The position numbers and the translations under genes were made by a program. From NCBI GenBank assembly GCA_963724765.1, contig CAVRVY010000001.1, forward strand, positions 128,001-192,000: 64,000 bases of DNA, written 5' to 3'. This document shows positions 50,460-61,436 of the stretch, piece by piece. Origin of the DNA: an uncultured delta proteobacterium (GTDB lineage Bacteria > Desulfobacterota > Binatia > Binatales > Binataceae). The notes beneath the pieces were generated by a model. The model was not told where the DNA came from. It saw nothing but the letters and a program-made list of their open reading frames with translations, and did not search any database. The first letter of the stretch is position 1, and each line of letters starts with the position of its first letter.

Positions 50460-50549
50460 GGAGGGGTGGCCGAGCGGTTGAAGGCACCGGTCTTGAAAAC
50501 CGGCAGCGGCGAAAGTCGCTCGTGGGTTCGAATCCCACCCCCTCCGCCA
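50460..50549 (+). tRNA. tRNA-Ser (TGA)
   Basis: GGAGGGG/CCCCTCC acceptor stem, ccggt-cTTGAaa-accgg anticodon arm, long variable arm, GGTTCGAATCC, encoded CCA. Confidence 0.96.
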
Positions 50550-50963
50550 GCGAGTCTGCGATGTTGAGCATTCTCCGGAGAACTGCACGGAATCGCCGTG
50601 TGTGCGGCGCTTGGTGGTTTCAAAGTCCGAGATTCCCACGCCGTTCGCCTGGATTCTCTCCATTTCTGATTTCGGCGGTGGACTTTGGCGTTCTGAGCAC
50701 TAACTTGTCCGCGGCCGGATGGGCGCACAATCAGAGCGCGACGCCCGAATGCTTCGACGCTTCGGCGGATTCGATCAGGAAACGGTGCTCGGAACGATCA
50801 AGCTGTTTGCAACGCTGAAAAACTGATCCACTTTACCGCTGTAAAAATGAGCCACTCCGGACCGGTTCCTTGTTCGCTCTTTTCTGAGATTTTAAACGTC
50901 TGATCTTTTCGCCGATGCGCGTTAGGTGTCGCGCGCCAGCGCGTACCCTGCGCGTAAGCGTTC

Positions 50964-51767
50964 CTAACGCGCTGCACTATGGTCGGCATAGAGTTCTTTC
51001 TTCGCGCCGCTGGAAGCAGCGGGCTTGGCGCCGCGCTGGCTGCGAAAGGAATCGCCGCGAGTTGTGAGTATGTGGGCGTGATGACTGAGACGATCGAGCA
51101 GCGCCGTCGTGAGCTTTTCGTCGCCGAATACCTTTACCCACTCCGAGAACGCCAGATTGGTGGTGATGATGGTCGAGCGGCGTTCGTAGCGCTGGGCCAG
51201 CAGATTGAAGAGCAACTCGCCGCCGGTGCGCTCGAACGGCACGAATCCCAGTTCATCGGCGATCAGAAGCGCGACTTTTTGATAACGCTGCTGAAGCACA
51301 GTGAGCCGCCGCTCGTCGCGCGCCTCGACCAGGCTCTGCACCAGATCGGCGGCCCGCGCGAAGTGAACTCGCAGCCGCCGGCGCGTGGCTTCCAGTCCAA
51401 GCGCGATCGCCAGATGCGTCTTACCGGTGCCGATCGGGCCGGCCAGGATTACATCCTCTGCGCGTCCGATGAAGTCGCAACTCGCCAGTTCCATCAGCTT
51501 GGGCCGTGACACGCCCTTAAGCGCCGCCCAATCGAGCTGGTCGAAGGTCTTGACGTCGGCAAAGCGCGCCTCGCGCAGCAGGCGGCGCGCGGTGCTTTGA
51601 TGGCGATTGGTGATCTCGGCTTCGAGCAGTTCGCGCAGCAGATCTTCGTAGGGCCAACCGGCATCGCGAGCGCGCCGACATATGGCGGGATAATCACGCA
51701 CTACAGCAGCGAGCTTGAGTTCGTGGCAGTACTACTGGATGACCGCCTCACACGCCGCGTTACTCAT
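50964..51767 (-). pseudogene. istB: IS21 helper ATPase with early in-frame TAG (51732-51734)
   Basis: [21 protein letters not shown]; ATG 51767 is followed by a stop at codon 12. Confidence 0.85.
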
Positions 51768-53233
51768 GGACGGCTCCGGCTGCCAGCAGATGATCGTAAT
51801 CAGATGCGCGTCCGGCTTCGACCACGTAGGCGGCGAGCGCATCGGGCACCGCGACGTTGTCGATGCGCGGTTCGGCCGCCGCGAGATCTGGTACTTTGCT
51901 GCGATGTTGTTTAATCGCCGCCTCCCAGCGCCAGGCGCACGCGATCTTCGCCGTGTTCGCAGACCGCGCCGAGCAGCCGCGCCAGCACACGCGCCGCTTC
52001 CAGTTCGCCGTGAGTTCCGCACAACAGTCCCCACAGTCCGCTCCATGGTGCGCCCAACTCGGCGATCAACTCCGGCGCGACCTGGCGCACCGCGTGAGGC
52101 TTGCGCGAAAGCTCAGGAAGATAATGCCGATAGCGAACTTGACGAGTTCCAAACCGGGCCCGTGGATGCGTCACGCTCTCGCCCATGCAGGTGATGCGGA
52201 CGTCATCCACCCCCAAGTATGCGGTCGCGTTCAAGCGCGCCCAGCGCGACGGCACCGAGTACCAAGCACCTTCGATTCTAACCATCGCGCGCGAACTGAT
52301 CTCGACCGGGATGGGCTTGCGCACCTCGAAGCTGGTGGCTGGAACCGGCAGTAATTGCGCGCGTTCCTCCGCCCATAGTTCACTTCTGGGTCTGCCGGCA
52401 TCGTGCCGAGCCGCGAACGTCGCATCGAGGTCATCGAGTAGCTGGCGCGAGATCGCGTCGAGACTATCGCCGCGTGGGATCGGCGTGAGATGCGCGAGTC
52501 GTATCGCCTTGCCGCGGCTTTCGACGCCACCCTTGTCGTGTCCTTCACCGATGCGCGCGAAGTCGGGCTCGAACAGATAGTGACTGACCAGCGCGAGGAA
52601 CCGGCCCGTGAGTTCGCGCCGTGCGCCGACGATCTTGCGCACCGCGGCCGCGAGATTATCGTAGACGCAGCGCTTCGCGACTGCGCCCAGATGTGCGAAT
52701 GCCCGCACGTGGCCGTCGAGAAAAGCTAGTTGATCGCAGCGCTCGTAGAGCCAGGCGAACTCGCGGCCCGAGTACATCAGCCGCATCAGGAACTCCCAGG
52801 CTTTGCGCCGCTCGCCGCCGACTTCGACCACCACCTCGAAGAAATCGATCTGCGCTTCGCCCGGGCGATTAATCAGCGGCACGTAAACTTCAGCGCGTTG
52901 CCGGCAGCGTTCGCGCCAGTAGTCGCCGACCAACGTCCTGCCGACTCGATAACCTTCCGTTCTCAGCTGACGATGAAGCCGCATCGCAGTGATGCGTTGC
53001 TTGCCAGTGGTGCGCGGCTCCCACTCCGCCACCAGTTCCTCGAGCCGCGGCTGCACCAATTCCCACACCGGCCGCTCGCGCGGTTGCCGAGAAGTCCTAA
53101 CCGGCTCGGGCTGATCAAGATACTTCGCGACCGTGTTGCGGCTTAACCCAAGCTCCCGCGCGACCCGCCGGATGCTCTGCCCCTCTTTCAGTACCTTGTG
53201 TCGCAGTACGTGCACCTGATCCATCTTCAGCAT
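51760..53233 (-). pseudogene. istA: IS21 transposase with a frameshift near 51925
   Basis: HTH, AQIDF, YDNL, KGGVE; C-terminus continues in another frame to ...ASDYDHLL. Confidence 0.85.
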
Positions 53234-53281
53234 CCCCGTCCTCCGGCTCCTGCCGGAGTCTATGGCCGGGGTGGCTCACTT

Positions 53282-55018
53282 TTAGAGCGGTAAACGGATC
53301 AGTTCTTTAGCGGCATCTCCACAAGCCGGGAAGGGGAAGCCGAGCACCTTGTGCTGGGCCTCCCAGGCGAGCGGCAGTTCGGTCCTGTCGTTGAGCAACG
53401 ATTGAGCGGTGAGTTCCGGCGGCTGGCAACCATTTACGATCTGTTCGACGATCTCCGGAGCCAGAAATGCGAGCCGAATTACTCGGCTCACGTAGCGTTT
53501 CCCGACCTTCTCTCGCTTGGCGATTTCGACCATCGAAGCGACGCGGCCTGAGACCAGATCGTCAAACCAGCAGTGCGCGCGTGCGATCAGTTTCAGGAGC
53601 ACGGTATCGGTTCTCGGAGCAGAGTCGCCATTGACGACGAACTTCATCTCGACTCCACGCCGCCTCATTTGTAAGGGGATCCGGCGAGTGAGTTTGAGCT
53701 GAGCCGGCCCGCGAGCAACCAATTTCTGGGAAGACTCAGTGGGCAGCTTGATGGACAGCTGGATGCCATCGGGTCGTAACTCGACACGGTCAACCAGATG
53801 GTCAAGCGCCGCTGGCGCTTCGGCCTCGGCTCGAAGGCGACTGCTCCATCCGCTTGCGGCTTCAAGAATGGATTTGGTCTGGGTTGCCTCCGAGTCGGAC
53901 AGCTCGATGTCGGCCAGGATCGCAGTGCGATCATCGAGAATCATCGCGGCCGCGGTGGCGACGCTGCGCTCGAATTCGGCTGCGGGAACCCTCCAGCCTT
54001 CTTGGGACCGCTTCGCACTGTCAGTCATAAGGCAGCGCGAGACGTAGTAGCGATAGCGGCGCTTGCCTTTGACCGCGTGGCTGGGGGTGAGACGTGCTCC
54101 ACTTTCATCAAAGAGCTTGCCCGCGAGCGGGCTGCTCATCGAGCGACTCGGCTGGCCGTCGGCCCGTGCAGCGCGACTGCGCAACAGCTCCTGGGTTTCG
54201 TCCCAAATCGACCGTTCAACTATAGGGTGATGTTGGCCCGGGTATCGGGTTCCCTTGTGCCGGACCTCGCCGACATAGATTGGATTTCTCAGGAGCGTGT
54301 ACAACGCGCCACGCGCGAAGCGCATTCCCCCGGACTTGATGCCGTTCTTTGCTACCCGAAGCTTTGATCGGATTCCATCGCGATCAAGTTCCTCCCGGAG
54401 AACTCGCACGCTGCGCAGCTGACAGTACCGCTGGAAGATGTGTTTCACAGTCTCGGCCTCGGTAGAATTGACCATCACCAACTGCCGGTCGCGAATTTCG
54501 TAGCCGAGGGGAACCAGGCCGCCCATCCACATGCCCTTGCGTTTTGAGGCGGCGATCTTGTCCCGGATCCTCTCTCCGTTTACCTCGCGCTCGAACTGCG
54601 CGAACGACAACAAAACGTTGAGCGTCAGGCGGCCCATTGAGGTCGTAGTGTTGAACTGTTGGGTGACCGCGACGAAAGAAACGCTATGGCTATCAAGGAC
54701 TTCGACCATTCGGGCAAAATCTGATAGCGACCTGGTCAGCCGGTCAACCTTGTAGACGACCACCACATCGACGAGCTTTTGCCGGATGCCCTCAAGCAGG
54801 TTCTGTAGGCCAGGGCGATCCATGGTCGCGCCCGAAAGACCGCCGTCGTCGTAGTGGGTGTTGAGCAGTCGCCAGCCTTCGCCCGTCTGGCTTCTGACGA
54901 ACGCTTCGCAGGATTCTCGCTATGCGTGGAGCGAGTTGAAGTCCTGCTCCAGCCCTTCTTCCGAGGACTTGCGCGTGTATATCGCGCAGCGCAGGGTCTG
55001 CGGTTTAGCGGGCTCCAT
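53282..55018 (-). pseudogene. Large serine recombinase with in-frame TAG (54920-54922)
   Basis: CAIYTRKSSEEGLEQDFNSLHA*RE, DRLTRS, LLSFAQFERE; original stop split by IS21. Confidence 0.88.
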
Positions 55019-55487
55019 CTTGCTGCTCCTGGTGGGAGTTGTGCAGACCGAAAAAAAGTGGCCCTGACCAGCGCGCGCCGGTGATCTCGTTGGCGACTTT
55101 TGAAAGCGATTGGAAGCGTTTTCCTCGGAACATAAATCCGTCTTTCAAGGCGGTTACCTGATGCTTGGTGCCGTGCCACTCCCGGATCAGCACCGCACCG
55201 GCTTTGACCGGGCGCTTCGGCTCGACCGCGATCGGTCGCCGCTCCCCAGCGTCGCCTGCGACGCTGCGCAGAAGGCGCCGCGTAGCGGGTTTCAAACCGC
55301 CGAAAGCTTGCTCCTGAAGGCGATAGGCCAGCGCTTGGATAAGCAAAGGGCGGCGAAGCCGGTCGGGTGGATCCGAGCCGTACACGGCCTTCCATCGAGT
55401 ATTGAGTTGCTCGGGACCAAGCGCGGTAAGGACCTCTAGCGCCGCTGCCAACCCTTTGATATCGCCTCGCTTAATCGAGTTATTCAT
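55005..55487 (-). CDS. DUF2924 protein
   Basis: LAYRLQE..FGGL, GAVLIREWHG, SLS.VA.EITG.RWSGPLFFGL; usual recombinase partner. Confidence 0.9.
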   Translation of the reverse strand: MNNSIKRGDIKGLAAALEVLTALGPEQLNTRWKAVYGSDPPDRLRRPLLIQALAYRLQEQAFGGLKPATRRLLRSVAGDAGERRPIAVEPKRPVKAGAVLIREWHGTKHQVTALKDGFMFRGKRFQSLSKVANEITGARWSGPLFFGLHNSHQEQQDGAR

Positions 55488-55945
55488 GTGGGCCGCACCT
55501 CTCCGGGTACCACACACATTGCTCGACAGCCGCCGCGCTGCGCTACTGGCATCGAAGGTCTGTGTGCGAGCGAGCTTGACGTATCAGGCGGCGCATTGTG
55601 GTAAACTCCGTTAGATGAAGTCTCGCTACGTGGTAGTAGTTGCGCTTGCGGTCGCGGCGCTTGATGCACGGCCGGCCGCAGATGCTAGGGGCTCAACCTT
55701 CCGCACGCAACACCTTCGTCAGCACGGACCAAGCCTTCGAGTTCGACTATCCCAGTTCTCTCATTTTGTGCCGACCGGACCCTCGGCAAGCCGACCTGTG
55801 GCAACCGGAGGAATCTTGCGAAGAGTACATGAGAGCGCCAGAGAGAAAATCCCTCACTGAAGCAGCCGGATAGACCGGTTGCACCGGAGTAAAAATCCGG
55901 CAGCAATAGCCCATTTGCCGTGGAACGGCAGAGGTGGGCGGAGGG

Positions 55946-57445
55946 ATGAAGCGGGTGGAACTATACGCGCAGGTTCGACGAGCGGTTTACGTGGAGGGGC
56001 TGAGTCGGCGGGAAGCAGCACGGCGCTTTGGGATCGACCCGCGGACGGTGGCGAAGATGCTGGCGTTCTCGGTGCCGCCTGGTTATCGACGGAGCCGGCC
56101 GCCGGCGCGGCCCAAGCTGGATCCGTTTGTCGGGATTATCGACCGGATCTTGGAAGAAGATAAGTTACGCCCAGCCAAGCAGCAGCACACGGCGAAACGG
56201 ATTTTCGAGCGGCTGCGCGATGAGCATGGGTATGACGGCGGGATCTCGATCGTAAGGGCTTACGTACACGAGCATCGCCAGCGGCTGCGCGAGATGTTCG
56301 TGCCACTGCACCATGATCCTGGACACGCGCAAGTCGACTTCGGTGAAGCGCTCGCGGTAATCGCAGGTGAGGAGTGCAAGATCCACTTCTTCGCGATGGA
56401 CTTGCCGCACAGCGATGCTTGTTTGGTGCAGGCCTATCCGGCGGAGAGCACCGAGGCCTTCTGCGAAGGTCACAACGTCAGCTTCGAGTTCTTTGGCGGA
56501 GTGCCGCGTTCGATCCTCTACGACAACACCAAGCTGGCGGTGGCGCGCATACTCGGAGATGGCACCCGTAAGCGCACCAAGGTCTTCAGTGAGCTGCAGT
56601 CCCACTCTCTGTTCGCCGATCGCTTCGGGCGGCCGGGCAAGGGTAACGATAAGGGCAAGGTCGAGGGGTTGGTCGGCTATGCGCGGCGCAACTTCATGGT
56701 GCCGATCCCGCGCGCACTCAGCTTCGCTGAGCTAAATGAGCAGTTGCTGGAGTGCTGCCGCCGTCGTTTGAAGGATCGGCTACGTGGTCATGATGACACC
56801 ATCGGCGAGCGGCTGGTGAAGGACCGTGAGGCTCTCCTGCCGCTGCCGCCCGCACCCTATGATGCGTGCGAAAAGAGGCCCGCCTGGGTCAGCTCGTTGT
56901 CGCTGGTGCGCTACCGCGGCAACAACTACTCAGTGCCAAGCGCATACGGTCACCGCGAGGTGCTGGTCCGAGGTTACGTCCACGAAGTTGTGATCGCCTG
57001 TGCAACCGAGGAGATCGCCCGGCACGCTCGTTCCTACGAGCGCGAGGACTTCGTGTTCAACCCACTGCACTACCTGGCCCTGCTGGAGCGGAAGATCGGC
57101 GCGCTGGACCAGGCCGCGCCGCTGGTCGGCTGGGAACTACCTGAAGAGTTCGCAACGCTGCGCCGGCTGCTCGAAGCGCGCCTGCGCAAGCCCGGTAAGC
57201 GGGAGTTCGTTCAGGTCCTGCGCTTGCTCGAGGTGTTCGGTCTCGAAGACGTGGTCGCAGGAGTTCGAGAAGCGATCGATCGCGGAGTGATTAGCTTCGA
57301 CGCGGTCAAGCATCTCGTGCTGTGCCGCATCGAACGGCGCCCACCGCGACTCGACCTGAAGATCTATCCCTATCTGCCACAGGCGACTGTGAGCACCACC
57401 TCGGCCCGATCCTACCTGAGCCTGATGGCGGGAGCAGGTTCATGA
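55946..57445 (+). CDS. istA: IS21 transposase
   Basis: AQVDFGEA, LYDN, KGKVEG. Confidence 0.93.
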   Translation: MKRVELYAQVRRAVYVEGLSRREAARRFGIDPRTVAKMLAFSVPPGYRRSRPPARPKLDPFVGIIDRILEEDKLRPAKQQHTAKRIFERLRDEHGYDGGISIVRAYVHEHRQRLREMFVPLHHDPGHAQVDFGEALAVIAGEECKIHFFAMDLPHSDACLVQAYPAESTEAFCEGHNVSFEFFGGVPRSILYDNTKLAVARILGDGTRKRTKVFSELQSHSLFADRFGRPGKGNDKGKVEGLVGYARRNFMVPIPRALSFAELNEQLLECCRRRLKDRLRGHDDTIGERLVKDREALLPLPPAPYDACEKRPAWVSSLSLVRYRGNNYSVPSAYGHREVLVRGYVHEVVIACATEEIARHARSYEREDFVFNPLHYLALLERKIGALDQAAPLVGWELPEEFATLRRLLEARLRKPGKREFVQVLRLLEVFGLEDVVAGVREAIDRGVISFDAVKHLVLCRIERRPPRLDLKIYPYLPQATVSTTSARSYLSLMAGAGS

Positions 57446-58218
57446 GCGATACGCCCCAGGTTCTGCTCACCCATTACTTGAAAACACTCAGATTGCCCAC
57501 CTTTTTGCGCGAGTATGACAAGTTGGCGCGCCAATGCGCCGGCGAGGATGTCGACTATCCTCGCTACCTGTTGCGCCTGGCCGAGCTGGAGATGATCGAA
57601 CGGGAACGCCGGACCATCGAGCGGCGAATCAAGGAAGCCAGGTTCCCGGCGGTCAAAAGTCTCGATAGCTTCGAATTCGCAGCGCTCCCCTCGCTCAACA
57701 AGACGCTAGTGCTGGAACTGGCCCGCTCGGAGTATATCGCGCGCCGCGAGAACATCATCGCGGTCGGCAACAGTGGCACCGGCAAGACTCATGTGGCTCT
57801 CGGGCTAGGTCTGGCCGCCTGCCAGAAGGGTCTCGCGGTCGGCTTCACCACCGCTGCCGCTTTGGTCAACGAGCTGCATGAAGCGCATGATGAGAAGCGT
57901 CTGCTGCGCCTCCAACGTCAACTCGCCGGCTACAAGCTTCTGATCGTGGATGAACTCGGCTACGTCCCGCTCTCCCCAACTGGTGCAGAGTTACTGTTCG
58001 AAGTCTTCAGCCAGCGCTACGAGCGCGGCTCGATCATCGTTACCAGCAATCTGCCGTTCGATGAGTGGACCAGCGTGTTCGGCTCCGAGCGCTTAACCGG
58101 CGCACTGCTTGATCGTCTTACCCACCACGTTCACATCCTCGAGATGAACGGTGACAGCTTCAGGCTCAAACACAGCAAGCGCCGCATCAGTGACGATCAA
58201 CCGCGAGAATCCGGCTAA
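57442..58218 (+). CDS. istB: IS21 helper ATPase
   Basis: GNSGTGKT, DELGY, TSNL, LLDRLTHH; ATGA overlap with istA. Confidence 0.93.
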   Translation: MSDTPQVLLTHYLKTLRLPTFLREYDKLARQCAGEDVDYPRYLLRLAELEMIERERRTIERRIKEARFPAVKSLDSFEFAALPSLNKTLVLELARSEYIARRENIIAVGNSGTGKTHVALGLGLAACQKGLAVGFTTAAALVNELHEAHDEKRLLRLQRQLAGYKLLIVDELGYVPLSPTGAELLFEVFSQRYERGSIIVTSNLPFDEWTSVFGSERLTGALLDRLTHHVHILEMNGDSFRLKHSKRRISDDQPRESG

Positions 58219-59534
58219 CACCACTAACTCCAACCCACAAAGCTAGATCTTTTCGACACAGTAGCGAGGGGGTGATCCCCCTCGCGCTCCCCCTGCCAGA
58301 CGTCAACCTACCTGCCATCGGCTTATCCAAATGATGGACTTTTGCTCTGGCGCGCTGATGTACTTTCACTCCGGTGTTGACAGTACATCTGCAATGCCTC
58401 TTATAATAGCCAGGAGCCGGTCGTCGCGTGCTTGGCATATCCGGCCGCCGAATACGCTGGTTCTACCTTTGAAGGTGCCACTTTCGTGGTAAGCGTGCTG
58501 AAGGAAAAGGCAACAGAGGGCGCTTGTCTGGACAATTTACCACACGGCAACAGATCAACTGTTCACGGCGAACTAGTAAACGGCGTGACATTCAAAGTCA
58601 GCCACGATGGATGGGTAGCCATGGGGTACGTTCAAGACAACTTCATTCATCGAGCATTTAACCGGAATCAGTGCTACGAACTGGATATCAACATAAGCCA
58701 GCAAGATGGCACTGGATACGATCCCGGCGATGTTCCGAAAGGGTTCGATAAAGTGCAGTTTGACAAGGTGCACGCGCGTCTCAGGCAAATCCTTGGCTCT
58801 TTCAGATTTCTCAGATAGCTGGCGGAGATCGGCCAGAACTCACCAGATTCCCAGGGCGAGCATCGGCAAATTGTCGCAGGAAGCCGTTTCGAGCCAACTC
58901 GAACATCGCCTGGCGGCGACGCTCGGCACTTCGCCTGGGCGGCGACGAGTTTCTCCTGCTCGAGTGACCTTCTGCGTTCGATCTTCGCAGTACCCTGCAA
59001 TCTCTGGAGAGCTGAGCCTGTGGTAACAGCTGTTCCGAGGGCCTGAGGCGTCCCGCACACGCGGCAATTTCGTTTATCGCTGCAGAGAATCCAGAACGTT
59101 CAGGACTGGCTGGCGGAGAGGAGGGGGCTCGGCCTGGCGGCATGCCAGAAGGGCGGTCAGCTTCACATGGCGAGCGCGACCCGCCATCCCAAGTTCCCAC
59201 TATCCTTGGGACATCGCTCGCCAAGCTGTTGGGCGACACTGTCGATAGCCGCATAGTCCCGCAGGGCGAGTAAGGCGCGCATTTGACAATGCTTGAGCGC
59301 GGGCGCATTGTGGCGATTGCTCGCGTCCCCTCCTGACAAATCACCGGGCATCTCCGAAAAGACGGTGTTCGCGGATCGGGTGGTTTCCGCTCCGAGGAAA
59401 CCGCTCGGAACCGCATCGGATGGGAACCACCTTTGGCTGGCTGCGCGCGGCAGTTGAGCGTCGGCGACGGCGCTTGAAGGTGGCCAGAGATCTTTGTCGC
59501 CAGGCCCGCTGTGAATTTTCGAAGAGTCTTTCCC

Positions 59535-59735
59535 ATGAGTATCGCCAAGATTTTGGAAGACAGAAAGACCGACAATATGGCCGAAGTGGAGCGCCACGGG
59601 GGCGTTTGGAAGGATGGTGCTTTTCTGTTTCCGGATGGTAGCAGCGGTTCATTCAGCCGCAATGAGAGTTATCGCGACAGCAAGGGAGTCTTACGCCTTC
59701 ACACCGTCTTCGTGAGTAACTCGGTGCCCGGATAA
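59535..59735 (+). CDS. Hypothetical protein or fragment
   Basis: Protein-like composition only. Confidence 0.25.
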   Translation: MSIAKILEDRKTDNMAEVERHGGVWKDGAFLFPDGSSGSFSRNESYRDSKGVLRLHTVFVSNSVPG

Positions 59736-59837
59736 TCCCGATCGCCGCTTGGACTCCTTTTGTTAAGGTCATCGGCAGCCCTTGCGCGGAAAACCAGTAG
59801 CGGGTCAGGCCGCGAGTTGCCGAATCCAAACGTTTAG

Positions 59838-60765
59838 ATGGAGCCCGCCGAGGCGAGTTCTTTGATCAACCCGTTCAACCCGTCCTTTTGGCGTGATGCG
59901 TATTCTCATTACCCGTCTTTGCTCGCCGGGCCGCCGTGGCTGCTTCCGCTCCTTTTACCTACTGTCTTGGTGGCGCGCCACCGCGACGTCGTAAATGTTC
60001 TGCGAGACTACGAGGTATTTTCGAGCAGTTCGCGTCAACTGTCTCTTGTTGCCAAGCTGGACCCATTCGCAGGCGCTCAAACAATGCTGTTCTCGGATCC
60101 GCCCGTGCACACTCGGCTCAAGCGCTTGGTTATGCCCTACTTCAAGCCCGGGCGCATCAATCTCCTGACTCCAAGGATTCAGACTCTTACCAATCAGCTG
60201 CTCGACCACATTGAAAGGAAGGCCGAGTTCGATGCGGTAAGTGATGCTCGCTCTCGTCCTGCTGTTGCTGTTCGCCGGCGACACAACTACCAATCTGATC
60301 GCCAACGGTTTGCTCGCATTGAGCACCCACCCTGACCAGCTAAGACGCCTTGGGTTAGCTCCGGAAGTTCTGACACCGAATGCGGTAGAAGAGGTGTTGC
60401 GCTACGACAGTCCGGTCCAAATGGTAATGCGCTTCTGCACCCGAGACACTCACATTGGCGAGACGGCTGTTCCGGGCGGCGCAGTCGTGCTGGTTCTAAT
60501 CAGCGCCGCTAACCGAGACCCTGCGCAATTTCATGCCCCGGACAGCTTTGATATTGCGCGCCATCCGAATAATCACGTTGCTTTTGGCGATGGAATTCAC
60601 GCCTGTATCGGTGCCCACCTGGCCCGGCTGCAGGGCAGAATCGTACTTGGCTCGGTAGTCGAGCGCTTCCCCCGGCTTAGGCTCTCCGCGCCGGACCAGC
60701 CGCTTCACTACGATGGATATCTGTTGTCGCGAGGACTGACCTCACTAACGATGGTGATCGATTAG
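59838..60765 (+). pseudogene. Cytochrome P450 pseudogene (internal deletion + frameshift near 60240)
   Basis: DPPVHTRLK in one frame; AGDTTT, EEVLR and FGDGIHACIG in another; the middle helices are missing. Confidence 0.85.
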
Positions 60766-60823
60766 ACCATTATCATTTCGCGTGAAGGTCACGGGACATC
60801 ACAATCAATGGGAGAGACGCAGC

Positions 60824-61033
60824 GTGAAAGAAGTTAGGGTTCTCCATCGTGAAGGCCATATGACCGCTCGTGACGTGATCGATTGTGTCGGCTGCCTCGA
60901 GCGGTCTGGTATCTCCGCGCATTCGCGCAGGGAACAACCGGGATACGGCACGGTAATGGTTAACGAAGACTCCGACAAAGATCGCGCGCTTCAAATTCTT
61001 CGTGCCCAAGGCTTCGAGGTTGTGGAGGGATAG
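60824..61033 (+). CDS. Small hypothetical protein with CxxC
   Basis: GGAG RBS + GTG; DCVGC; ferredoxin/ACT-like alternation pattern. Confidence 0.4.
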   Translation: MKEVRVLHREGHMTARDVIDCVGCLERSGISAHSRREQPGYGTVMVNEDSDKDRALQILRAQGFEVVEG

Positions 61034-61141
61034 GCCGGTTAACTTAGGACCCGACCGGGCCGGGAAGCGATCGTTGCGGTCAGCCGTACTGATGGTTCCA
61101 TGGCCGAGCTGGATGCCCGTTTCGTAGTTTAAGCTCCTCTC

Positions 61142-61230
61142 GTCGAACACCACGTTGGGTCCCTTGAGGCCGAGCGTAACGGTTACCGCGTCGGCGAGAA
61201 TGTTGACCCAATGAGAATCTTCTCGCGCGC
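61142..61230 (-). pseudogene. groEL: groEL N-terminal relic
   Basis: AREKIL/GVNILADAVTVTLGLKGPNVVFD, frameshifted. Confidence 0.7.
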
Positions 61231-61436
61231 ATTTTGTAAAAAACGAGCTATCCTTGCGGCCATATCTCGTCAGGGAACCAGCGCGATAGCTCTCGAACCG
61301 TCGCGGGCTCTTGCGTCTGACCCTGCCTAAGCTGCTCGGCAATTTACTTCAGCTTGTCGGGGCCTATCAAAAGGGGGGCAGGAACCATTATTTCGTCGTT
61401 CATAAGCCTGTACTTGGCTTTCAGGTGCGCGCCGCT

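Larger units (their letters stand above)
50804..53321 (-). mobile_element. IS21-family element (decayed)
   Basis: TG...CA ends with imperfect IRs (AACTGATCC..TTTACCGCT..AAA.TGAGCCAC); 5-bp TSD CAAGC at 50799-50803 and 53322-53326. Confidence 0.9.
55830..58382 (+). mobile_element. IS21-family element (apparently intact)
   Basis: Ends TGAGAGCGCCAGAG.../...CTCCGGTGTTGACA; 5-bp TSD GTACA at 55825-55829 and 58383-58387. Confidence 0.9.
55615..58818 (+). pseudogene. Secreted hypothetical protein interrupted by IS21 (plus a frameshift near 55690)
   Basis: Removing 55830-58387 rejoins ...SCEEY|ICNASYNSQEPVVACLAYP... in frame. Confidence 0.7.

Noticed and set aside
51732-54922. Two in-frame TAG codons (istB, recombinase) suggesting amber recoding
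   Set aside because: TAG is the normal stop for several intact genes here (1088, 2185, 7023, 14105); the surrounding decay explains them
55876-55905. Alternative left end for the second IS21
   Set aside because: It is an internal repeat of the end motif; only the end at 55830 gives TG plus a target duplication
58811-59662. 283-aa minus-strand ORF and overlapping ORFs
   Set aside because: Arg/Pro/Ser-rich non-coding-like composition with no motifs
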